Assembly: GCA_963774855.1 (NCBI GenBank)
Contig: CAVZGT010000011.1
Span: forward strand, 34,042-98,041
Direction of reading: 5' to 3'
DNA length: 64,000 bases
Origin: an uncultured Acidobacteriota bacterium
GTDB lineage: Bacteria; Acidobacteriota; Vicinamibacteria; Vicinamibacterales; 2-12-FULL-66-21
Positions 9,002-17,299 of the stretch are shown one piece after another. Position 1 is the first letter of the stretch, and the number at the start of each line of letters is the position of its first letter. The translations under genes were made by a program, and so were the position numbers. The notes under the pieces are model-generated. The model had not been told where the DNA came from, did no database searches, and saw only the letters and a list, made by a program, of their open reading frames with translations.

Positions 9002-9208
9002 CTACGATTCGGCGCGGACGATACGGCCGTCGGGCGTCCACCGGAGGAACGCCGCGCTCACGAGCTCGCTGATCACGCGCTGGCAGGCCTGAGGATCCAG
9101 CCCCAGCAGCCGTCCGGCCTGGGCCGGCGTGAGCCGCAGACCGGGCATCTCGAGAAACTCCGACTGGACCCGTTGAAGCAACACGTGAAATTCCACGACG
9201 TACTCCAC
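9002..9208 (-). CDS. Small hypothetical protein, HTH-like
   Basis: 68-aa ORF MEYVVEFHVLLQRVQSEFLEMPGLRLTPAQAGRLLGLDPQACQRVISELVSAAFLRWTPDGRIV. The composition is protein-like. I recognise no family. Confidence 0.4.
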   Translation of the reverse strand: MEYVVEFHVLLQRVQSEFLEMPGLRLTPAQAGRLLGLDPQACQRVISELVSAAFLRWTPDGRIVRAES

Positions 9209-9614
9209 TTCAGTTTCTGAGCACTAGCGAGGCTGCGCCTCAGACCAGTGCGGCTCCGCCTCGCTAGGCGGCATTGTTTACTGCTTCGCCGCTTGCCCGC
9301 CGAAAACTTGACTCAAGAGCACTGAGTTTTCGCCGGTCAAGACGGCTGGCGGTTGACGCGGGACTGCTCTCGTCAGGAGCAAACGGCGCGCCACCTGTGC
9401 CCAGCTGCGTCACCCGCGCCCGCGCGACAAAAACGCCGGAGCGGCCCCCGCCCCCGCCACGGGGAATCGTCCATTTCACGGGCGTCCGTGTGAAAACTAC
9501 GCGTGTCTCGCCCTACCGGCGCCGATACCTCGAGCGCAAATCGCCGATGTGGAAGCCGGGAAGAAACGACAGGGTCGTCCGAAAGCTCGCGCCGGGCGAC
9601 AAGATTGTCCGGGA

Positions 9615-11540
9615 TCATCGCCTCAAGAGGCGCAACTCTCCGCCGGCGGCGCGGCGGGGCTCAGAGCCCGCGTGCGTCCAGCCGACGGTTTTCGGCAACG
9701 AGGCAATAGACGAGGCGAGGCTCGAGGCCAGAAGCGTCAGCAGGCGGGCGTGATCGTCGGTGAAGGCGTCGGGCGTCGACGCGTAGAACGACACGACACC
9801 GATCAGCGCGCCGTCGTGTGTGAGCGGGACGGTTATCGACGAGCGCAGCGGCGGTGACATCGTCGTGACGGCCACGCCGAGGTCGATCGCTGGATCGGCG
9901 TTGCGGACGAGCCGTCGATTGGCCGCGCACCACCCGGCGACGCCGGACCCGACCGCGAGGCGTTTCCCGTGCACCACGGCGGTATGGGCGCCCGCGGCGA
10001 ACTGCCCGCTGACGGCGTCGTGCTGATCCTCGTAGAGGAACAGCCCCATCGACACGCACGGCACGACCTGGCGCAGCATCATCCAGGTCAGCGCGCCCAC
10101 GTCGGCCAGGCTCGCCTCGCCCGACACCGCCCGCGCGAGGCTGGCCACGGCCAGCACTTCGCTCGTCGCCGCCGCATCGGCTGGCGGCGACGGCACCGCG
10201 TCCATCGGATCGGCAATCAACTCGCGCGCGCCGCCAAGGGTGCGCGTCAGTGGATGCGCCGCCGCCTCCGGCGGTGGCATGATCTGATGCCGTGCACGGA
10301 CGAAAGCATCGACAATCGCCGGGTCGTACATCGTCCCGCGGCGCTCGAGGAGAATCGCGACCGCATCCTTGTCCGTCATCTTCCGGCGGTACGGCCGATC
10401 GGAGGTGAGCGCGTCGAAGCAGTCGACGACCGACAGGATGCGCGCGCCGATCGGAATCTCGGTCCCGCCGATGCGGTCGGGGTATCCCGTGCCGTCCCAG
10501 TTCTCGTGGTGATGCCGGACGATCGGCACGACGGGATAGGGGAACTCGATGGCGGAGAGAATCTCCGCGCCGATCGGCGCGTGCAGCTTCATCTTCTCGA
10601 ACTCGGCAGCGGTCAGCTTGCCGGGCTTGTTGAGGATGTGCTCCGGCACGGCAATCTTGCCGGTGTCGTGCAGCAGCGCGGCGGCTTCGATCGCCTTGAG
10701 GGTCGGGTCGTCCGTAATCCCGATCTCCCGCGCCAGCGCCATCGCGGCCACCTGGACGCGGCGGATGTGGCCGTGCGTGACCTCGTCCTTCGCGTCGATC
10801 GCCGTCGCCAGCGTTTCAACCGTCGAGAGGTACAGGCGATTGAGTGCGACGACGTGCCCCTTCGCGTCTTCGTCGCGGCCGAACGACGCCTTCAACGTCG
10901 CGTAGAACACCAGCAGCACCGGCAGGATGAGGATCAGCGCGCCGCTGAATTCCACCTGGCGCAGCGCGAAGACGAGGAGGAGCGCCACGCACGCGCCGGC
11001 CGCGTAACCCGGGCCGAGCCACATGAAGTGCTCGCGCCAGACGGCAAACGGCCGCCGTCGGGACGCAAACGCAATCGCCGTCGCGGTGAGCCCGCTGTTG
11101 ATGAAGAAGTAACCTGCCGCGAGCCCGGTGAGCGGAAGCAGCAGCCCGCCGTAAGGCGCGGGGTGGCTGAAGAGCGGCTGCACGCCGGCGGTGACGAAGA
11201 ACAGCGTTCCGGCAAGCCAGACCGACAGGGTGAGGTTGCCGAAGTTGAACAGGATCTGCGCCGGCCGCAGCCGGTGGTGCCACCCGAGCACGACGCTGTC
11301 GATCGCCAGCGTGATCGCGCCCGCTTCCGGTCCGAAGAGCAGGACGCAGGTGAACGTGAACATCTCCGACGGCGAGAAGCGCGCCGAGATCGACGGAACT
11401 TTGAGGGTAATCCGGCCGCTGACGATCGTCAGCGCCGCAAAGACCAGCAGCTGCGCCGGCACGCCGTCGCTGGCGAGCCGGAAGATGCAGTACGACCCCG
11501 AGCGGAATGCCCAGGGCGGCCACCGTCGTGATGTAGGCAC
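9615..11540 (-). CDS. HD-GYP phosphodiesterase with N-terminal membrane domain and C-terminal GAF-like domain
   Basis: Motifs HGHIRRV, LLHDTGKIAVPEHILNKPGKL and HHHENWDGTGYPD. The N-terminus is hydrophobic. The true N-terminus may start at GTG 11580 in another frame (MSKPSPRPLSAGARAYITTVAALG), joined by a frame break near 11500-11515. Confidence 0.85.
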   Translation of the reverse strand: MPTSRRWPPWAFRSGSYCIFRLASDGVPAQLLVFAALTIVSGRITLKVPSISARFSPSEMFTFTCVLLFGPEAGAITLAIDSVVLGWHHRLRPAQILFNFGNLTLSVWLAGTLFFVTAGVQPLFSHPAPYGGLLLPLTGLAAGYFFINSGLTATAIAFASRRRPFAVWREHFMWLGPGYAAGACVALLLVFALRQVEFSGALILILPVLLVFYATLKASFGRDEDAKGHVVALNRLYLSTVETLATAIDAKDEVTHGHIRRVQVAAMALAREIGITDDPTLKAIEAAALLHDTGKIAVPEHILNKPGKLTAAEFEKMKLHAPIGAEILSAIEFPYPVVPIVRHHHENWDGTGYPDRIGGTEIPIGARILSVVDCFDALTSDRPYRRKMTDKDAVAILLERRGTMYDPAIVDAFVRARHQIMPPPEAAAHPLTRTLGGARELIADPMDAVPSPPADAAATSEVLAVASLARAVSGEASLADVGALTWMMLRQVVPCVSMGLFLYEDQHDAVSGQFAAGAHTAVVHGKRLAVGSGVAGWCAANRRLVRNADPAIDLGVAVTTMSPPLRSSITVPLTHDGALIGVVSFYASTPDAFTDDHARLLTLLASSLASSIASLPKTVGWTHAGSEPRRAAGGELRLLRR

Positions 11541-11586
11541 GTGCGCCTGCAGACAGCGGTCGAGGCGAAGGCTTGCTCACGCGCGA

Positions 11587-13371
11587 TTACCGCCAGCCGT
11601 CCGGCACCGAGTCTGCCCAGACCAGGTGGCTCGAGCCCGTCTGATCCGTGTCGGCCCACACCAGATGCTGTCCGGACGGCGATTCGATGACGTCCCCCCA
11701 GTTCAGGTAGTAGTTGCTCGTCCATCCGGCGACGTCCCCCCACACGAGGTGGTTCGCAGGGACTTGCGCGAGCGGATTGCCGAGGCCGAGCAGGTTCAGC
11801 ACGCCCGGCTCGCCCCCGTGCGGGCTGCCAAAGAGCGCGCCGAGATCCAGGAGGCCGAGGAGCCTGATCCCGCTGCGGTCGTAGACGCGATCGATGAGCC
11901 CTCCGCTGGCGATGAGCGCCCCGCCGTCACGGAACGTGGCGCCGCTCGACAGCCCGAGGAGCGACGTCACCGTGCTGAGCAATGCCGACACGAGCCCTTG
12001 CTTGGCGATCTTCAACGAGGCCGGGAAGTTGACGCTGCCCGCTCCCGCAGCGATGAGCCCGCCCTGGGGCACGAACGTCGCCCCCATCTGCAGCGCGATC
12101 TTCACCTGTGCCGGCGTCAGGTTCGAATTCGCGTCGAGGAGCAGCGCCACACCTCCGCTCACGACGGCGGTGGCCATGCTCGACCCACTCAACCGGAAGT
12201 AGGCGTTGCTGCCGGTTCCGGCAATGTGCCACGAGGGGTACGTCGTCGAGAGATACGATCCGCTGACTTCGAGCGAGACCAGTCGGGTTCCCGGCGCGAC
12301 GACATCGGGTTTGACCGCGAGATCGATGGGAGTCGGCCCGCGCGAGCTGTACGGGGCGACGCGATCGTCCGAGCGCGTGAGGGTCTCGGCCGTGTCGATG
12401 GCGCCGACCGTAATCGCGAACGGAGAATTGCCCGGCGAGGTGATGCCGCCCAGCACCGGCGCGCCGGTCGACGTCTGTCCGTAATTGCCTGCCGACGCGA
12501 CGACCACGAGGCCGGCCGCCACGGCGCGCTCCACCGCAAGGCACAGCGGGTCGGTAGTCGAGGACTCGAAGACCGGATGGCCGAGCGACAGGTTGAGGAT
12601 CCGAATGCCGTGCAGCTCGCGGTTGTCAATGGCCCAGTCGATGCCCGCGATGACGTCGCTGGTATAGCCCATCCCGTTCGCTCCGAGCACGCGGACGTCG
12701 ATGAGATTCACGTTCGGGGCGCTGCCGCCGGTGAACTTGCTCGTCACGTATTTCGCGGCGGTCGTGTTCCCGCCGATGATGCCCGCGACGTGCGTGCCGT
12801 GGCCGTACAGGTCGCCGGTCGAGGGCGCTTCCCACGAGACTTTGTTGACGCGCGCGACAACGCGGCTGCCGAGCGCGGTGTGCGGCGAAATGCCCGAGTC
12901 GATGACCGCCACGCCGATGTTGGTCCCGTTCTGTCCGGGCGTTCCGAGCAGACCGAGCAGCGAGCTCGTGCCCTTCCACGCGGCGGTCGCGCCCGTCACC
13001 TGGTTGGTGATCGACATGTCGGACGTGACCGTCGAATCCGCTGAGATGTGAGCCAGCGCCGAATCACGCGACAGCGCGTCGAATTCCGCGCGCGAAACCT
13101 CGAGGGCCACCGCGCTCCTCAACTCGCGCCGCACGATGCCGCGAAGCCGGCCGCGCAGCGTCGAGGCGGCCGCCTGATCGTGTCCCTGAACGATGACGCG
13201 AATGCGGTCGCCGCGCACCGCCGCGCCGCGAAGGTCGCCGGACAGCGTCGGCGGACGCTGGCCGCCAAGCGGGTGCGCGGGCAGCCCGGTCAGCAGGCAG
13301 AGGAGTAGCGCAAGGAACACCAGGAACCGTCGCATGCATGTCTCCAGGAAATTCGGTCCGATGACCGGCAC
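11587..13371 (-). CDS. S8 family serine peptidase with C-terminal xxVWG/VWAD repeats
   Basis: Motifs VAVIDSGI, HGTHVAGIIGG and SGSSMATAVVSGG, with a signal peptide. The tail reads HLVWGD, YLNWGD, HLVWAD, HLVWAD. Confidence 0.9.
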   Translation of the reverse strand: MPVIGPNFLETCMRRFLVFLALLLCLLTGLPAHPLGGQRPPTLSGDLRGAAVRGDRIRVIVQGHDQAAASTLRGRLRGIVRRELRSAVALEVSRAEFDALSRDSALAHISADSTVTSDMSITNQVTGATAAWKGTSSLLGLLGTPGQNGTNIGVAVIDSGISPHTALGSRVVARVNKVSWEAPSTGDLYGHGTHVAGIIGGNTTAAKYVTSKFTGGSAPNVNLIDVRVLGANGMGYTSDVIAGIDWAIDNRELHGIRILNLSLGHPVFESSTTDPLCLAVERAVAAGLVVVASAGNYGQTSTGAPVLGGITSPGNSPFAITVGAIDTAETLTRSDDRVAPYSSRGPTPIDLAVKPDVVAPGTRLVSLEVSGSYLSTTYPSWHIAGTGSNAYFRLSGSSMATAVVSGGVALLLDANSNLTPAQVKIALQMGATFVPQGGLIAAGAGSVNFPASLKIAKQGLVSALLSTVTSLLGLSSGATFRDGGALIASGGLIDRVYDRSGIRLLGLLDLGALFGSPHGGEPGVLNLLGLGNPLAQVPANHLVWGDVAGWTSNYYLNWGDVIESPSGQHLVWADTDQTGSSHLVWADSVPDGWR

Positions 13372-13709
13372 GGCAACTGCCGAGCCGGATCAGACAGCAG
13401 GGGACCGCATCGCAAGAACCGCTCCTGGAAACTACGGCTGCTGGTTTGTTCCTAAGTTGCATGTAAATAGATGACTTGTCAGATCTGACGTTTCTGGTGT
13501 GTTTAGAGCGGTGTTCCGTCACGGCACTCGGCCAAACGCAATCCCGGCTGTTTGGAGGCTATAAGCTATTGATATCTATGGGCTTGTTTTGATGTGTTCC
13601 ACTTCGTTCCGCGGATATCGATCTTGGTGAGCGGAAATGGCCCTCGGGCCCGCGCACTGAAGAAAACAAGCCGGAGACCCGAGACCGGAGGACCTCGAGC
13701 CGGACCACT

Positions 13710-15410
13710 CTAGTCCGGCGGCGGATAGTGATTCCGGGGGCTCCGGTAGTCCAACGGGACATTGGTCGCGACAACGAGGTAACCCCATACCTGCCGCCTG
13801 ATCCCGCGGCCTCTGTTGCCGATCACAGTGCGGCGCAGCGCCAGGAGATGGATCGGTGCGCCGCGCCTCCGAAGATCGACATACTCGCGGCGAAGCATCA
13901 CGACATATGCCGGCTCCGCCCGCGCGAGAAACGCTCGGACCTCTTCGGGATTTTCAAGTCGATGGACCCGCCGTCCAAGGTAGTACCGCAGGCTTGGGCG
14001 CCATCGCTCCGCGCGGTACAGCCCCACGGGCGCCGATGCATCGGTGAGTTGCCGGAGCCTGTTCGCGAGATGCGCCGTGGGGCGCGTGACTTCGAATGAC
14101 GGAAGACCCACGGCCACGACGATGGCGGATGCGGTCAGCATCGTCGCAACGGCGACCGCGGCGGTTGACGGCACGGCCCATCGCTGCCTCCCGGCCTGCA
14201 GGGTCATGACGATCCCGCCGGCGGCGAGCGTCAGCGGCAGCGCCAGCGCGATCGGCGGCAATTCGAGGTTGAGCTCGAACAGAATGATGCTGCCGGCGCT
14301 TCCAGCCAGAATGAACAGGGCGGCCACGGCGAGTACGCTGAGACGCGTTCCGCGCAGCCACCCGTCGGCGTCGTCTGCCGCGCGCCGCCAGGCGTGTGCC
14401 GCGAGCAGGCAGCACGCGGGCGCGGCCGGGAAAATGTAGTGGTCCAGCTTGAAACGCGCGAGGCTGAAAAAGCCAATCACCACGAGCATCCAGATCCACA
14501 GCAGCGTCTCGCCGCTGTTCGGCGGGCGGCCCATCCGCAAGGTCCTGATGACGTCGAACGCGCGGCCGGCGGCGATGAGGCTCCACGGAAAGAACGCGCC
14601 GGCGAACGTGCGGACATAGAACGCGTGATCGATCGCGCGCCCCGAGAACTGCGCGGGTTGGGTGAAGTACCAGAGGTTGCCGGCAAGGACGTAGCCTTGG
14701 ATGAACTCCCGGCCGAAACGCCAGGACATCCAGAGAAACCACGGCGAGGCCGCGATCGCGGCGGCCAGCAACCCGGTCTTCCAGTGAAGCCACTTCACGT
14801 GCGCGCGCGCATCGCCCGGCACCAGGTGCGCCGTGATGATGAACAGCCCCACCACCACGAGTGCGACCGGCCCCTTCGTCATGATCGCCAGCGCGAGCAG
14901 CCCGTACCCGCACCATTCCAGCCGAGGCCGGCGCGCGGTCGAAGCGACCAGCAGGCATCCCACCGATCCAAAGAGGAACGTGGTGAACACCATGTCGAAG
15001 ATCGCGATCCGCGACAACGCAAAGGTCGCCGGAATCGCGGCCAGCATGAGGGCGCCCGATTCGCCGACCCTGGCCCCGAACAGGACGCTCCCGACCCAGC
15101 GTGTCACGGCGAAGAGCGCAAGCGCGGCGATGGCCGTGGGAAGTCGCGCCGCGAATTCGGTTTCGCCCAGCAGCTGGAAGGAAAGGCCCTGCAGCCAATG
15201 AAAGAGGATGGGCTTGTCGATGAAGGGTTCGCCGTCGAGAAGGGGGACGAGCCAGCCGCCGTCTCGTACCAGCTCGCGGGTCAGCTCAGCGTAATGGGCT
15301 TCGTCGGGATCGAGCAGGGTCAGGTAACCCCGCCGCCAAAACACCACGACCCAGCCGATGGCGGCCCATCGGACCCACGCCAGCCAACGTGTCCGCGCGA
15401 CGCGCGGCAA
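13710..15410 (-). CDS. Glycosyltransferase family 39 (ArnT/PMT-like) membrane protein
   Basis: Polytopic 566-aa ORF with the N-terminal DPDEAHYAELTRELVRDGGWLVPLLDGEPFIDKPILFHWLQ block typical of the ArnT-like family. Confidence 0.8.
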   Translation of the reverse strand: MPRVARTRWLAWVRWAAIGWVVVFWRRGYLTLLDPDEAHYAELTRELVRDGGWLVPLLDGEPFIDKPILFHWLQGLSFQLLGETEFAARLPTAIAALALFAVTRWVGSVLFGARVGESGALMLAAIPATFALSRIAIFDMVFTTFLFGSVGCLLVASTARRPRLEWCGYGLLALAIMTKGPVALVVVGLFIITAHLVPGDARAHVKWLHWKTGLLAAAIAASPWFLWMSWRFGREFIQGYVLAGNLWYFTQPAQFSGRAIDHAFYVRTFAGAFFPWSLIAAGRAFDVIRTLRMGRPPNSGETLLWIWMLVVIGFFSLARFKLDHYIFPAAPACCLLAAHAWRRAADDADGWLRGTRLSVLAVAALFILAGSAGSIILFELNLELPPIALALPLTLAAGGIVMTLQAGRQRWAVPSTAAVAVATMLTASAIVVAVGLPSFEVTRPTAHLANRLRQLTDASAPVGLYRAERWRPSLRYYLGRRVHRLENPEEVRAFLARAEPAYVVMLRREYVDLRRRGAPIHLLALRRTVIGNRGRGIRRQVWGYLVVATNVPLDYRSPRNHYPPPD

Positions 15411-15508
15411 ATACTTGGATCAGGCGGACGGATACCAGGAAACCCCACGCACGCGGGGCATCATATACCCTTCACCGAAGCTCAGCAATTCCCGGTTTGA
15501 CGCGGCCG

Positions 15509-15838
15509 TCAGAACATCCGGCCGCCGACTGGCACCTCGGCGTCCGGGACGAGGAGAATTACCGCGCCGTCCGCGTCCGGTACACCCAGCGTGAGCACCT
15601 CCGAACGGAACGGGCCGATCTGCCGTGCGGGGAGATTCACGACCGCCATCACCAATCGGCCCTCGAGCGCCTCACGTTGATACCGCAGCGTGAGCTGAGC
15701 CGAGGAGGTCCGGTGGCCGATCCCCGGACCGAAGTCGATCACCAGTTTGTAGGCGGGCTTGCGTGCTTCCGGAAAGGGCTCGGCGCGTACGATCCGGCCG
15801 ACGCGCACGTCCGGCTTCTCGAAGTCGGTGAAGGAGAT
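15509..15838 (-). CDS. tRNA-binding domain protein (CsaA/EMAP-like); start codon unresolved
   Basis: ISFTDFEKPDVRVGRIVRAEPFPEARKPAYKLVIDFGPGIG... is CsaA-like. There is no in-frame ATG, GTG or TTG near the domain start. The only candidates are ATA (15847) and ATC (15838). Confidence 0.7.
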   Translation of the reverse strand: MSFTDFEKPDVRVGRIVRAEPFPEARKPAYKLVIDFGPGIGHRTSSAQLTLRYQREALEGRLVMAVVNLPARQIGPFRSEVLTLGVPDADGAVILLVPDAEVPVGGRMF

Positions 15839-15843
15839 GGGGG

Positions 15844-16605
15844 TTATTCGGGTTCTCCGAGTCGAGACGCGTCGTCGGCGAGCGCGGGCTCTCCGTTGTT
15901 TTCGATCAGCCGCTTGAACCGATGCAGGTCTTCGCGAATTTCGGTGCCGGGATCGCGACCCGCCAGCTTCGCGATCGCCGCGCCGACCTTGCCCCCGGGC
16001 GGACTGTACTGGAGCTTGACGCGGACGCGCGTCCCGCGTGGCCCCGCGTCGTCGAAGTGGACCGACCCGGCGCTGACCACGTCGGATCCCTCGATCGATC
16101 GCCAGCCGATCACCTGGTTCGGCACGTCGTTGATGATCTCGGCGCTCCACTCCACGTGCGAACCGCCGGGGCCCTCGGCGCGCCAGCGGGACAGCGTATC
16201 GGTCACGCGTTCGACCGATTCGAGGTGAGGCATGAAGCGCGGCAGGTTCTCGAGATTGCGCCAGAAGCGATAGAGCAACTCGACCGGCCGATTGATCGTG
16301 ACGCTCTCGTCGACCGTGATGCCGCCGCCTCCGCCGAGCACGCGGCGGGTGTCGCTGCCGGTGCCCGCCGTGTTGATGCCAAAGAGCTCGTAGGTCTGGC
16401 AGCGGCCGGTCATGCCTCGCCGCAGCAGCAGCGCGCCGATACCCGCCAGCATCCAGCCGAATCTGGGACGGCGCACGAGTCCATACGCCGCCAGGCTCAC
16501 GCCGGCTGCCATCGAGCTCCAGCGCTCGGCGTCGGACATGTTGCGCCGGCTGTGGACGAGCGCGTCACGCGCATCGCCGGGGAATTCCAGCTCCATGTAG
16601 TCCAT
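15844..16605 (-). CDS. DUF2892-like membrane segment fused to an SRPBCC (cyclase/dehydrase) domain
   Basis: The N-terminal GWMLAGIGALLLRRGMTGRCQTYELFG is followed by ITINRPVELLYRFWRNLENLPRFMPHLESV, an SRPBCC-type sequence. Confidence 0.75.
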   Translation of the reverse strand: MDYMELEFPGDARDALVHSRRNMSDAERWSSMAAGVSLAAYGLVRRPRFGWMLAGIGALLLRRGMTGRCQTYELFGINTAGTGSDTRRVLGGGGGITVDESVTINRPVELLYRFWRNLENLPRFMPHLESVERVTDTLSRWRAEGPGGSHVEWSAEIINDVPNQVIGWRSIEGSDVVSAGSVHFDDAGPRGTRVRVKLQYSPPGGKVGAAIAKLAGRDPGTEIREDLHRFKRLIENNGEPALADDASRLGEPE

Positions 16606-16621
16606 CGAGTTCTCCGAATTG

Positions 16622-17125
16622 CTAGCGCTGCGTCGGGCGCACGCCTGCGGTCGGCGTCCAGGATGGCGAGTCGCTCGCGGGGAACGAATCCTCGGACGCG
16701 TCGTGCACGACGTCGGCCCGCCATCCGCGATCTTTCATGCGGTGGTCGATCCACTCGCGGGCGACGCCGAGATCGCGCCGGCCCATGGCCGCGCGGATCG
16801 CCAGCGCGGCGCCGCACGTCGCCACCAGTCCGCCTCCGAACCCGCCGCGCCGCGCGCCGATCATGGCCAGCGCCGACCCGAAGGCGGCGGCGATCCACCG
16901 TTCCTGGTCGTAGGTCGAGAGCGTGGCCGTCAACGTCGGCTTGTCCCAGACGCTCTTGTCGCTGCGCGCGACCATCAGATTCAGCGTTCCGTCGGCCATA
17001 GCGTGATCCTTTCCAATGATGCCGGAGTCGAGAGGGTCAACCGTCAGCGGCGCCACGTCGGCGTCGATGGACGGCTTCCGAGGTCTTACGGGCTTTCGCG
17101 GTGCAGGCTTGATGGGTTCGGGCAC
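16622..17125 (-). CDS. Hypothetical protein (glycine-rich membrane segment, acidic tail)
   Basis: 167-aa ORF. An alternative ATG at 16999 (MADGTLNLMV) is equally plausible. The C-terminal DVVHDASEDSFPASDSPSW motif looks like a recurring small-protein tail. Confidence 0.5.
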   Translation of the reverse strand: MPEPIKPAPRKPVRPRKPSIDADVAPLTVDPLDSGIIGKDHAMADGTLNLMVARSDKSVWDKPTLTATLSTYDQERWIAAAFGSALAMIGARRGGFGGGLVATCGAALAIRAAMGRRDLGVAREWIDHRMKDRGWRADVVHDASEDSFPASDSPSWTPTAGVRPTQR

Positions 17126-17299
17126 GTTTTACTCCAGCTTCAGTTCCGCCCTGGTGCACAAGGCATGCCCAGCCGGCCCGTGCGACATTATCGGCCAGCA
17201 GCGCTGGAACACGCCAGTTCAGCCGTGCTTCTGTTTTGATTCGCAACGTGCGCGTAGTGGGACGGTCAGCAGGCGCGACGGACGAGCTGGTTCGACCTA

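Noticed and set aside
9209-9614. 406-nt intergenic region examined for a riboswitch, small RNA or repeat.
   Set aside because: I could identify no convincing conserved structure, repeat or motif by eye. I left it unannotated.
13954-15500. ORFs 13954..15198(-) and 14394..15500(+) overlapping the GT39 gene.
   Set aside because: Same reasoning. The polytopic ArnT-like frame explains the region, and these frames are Arg-rich low-complexity.
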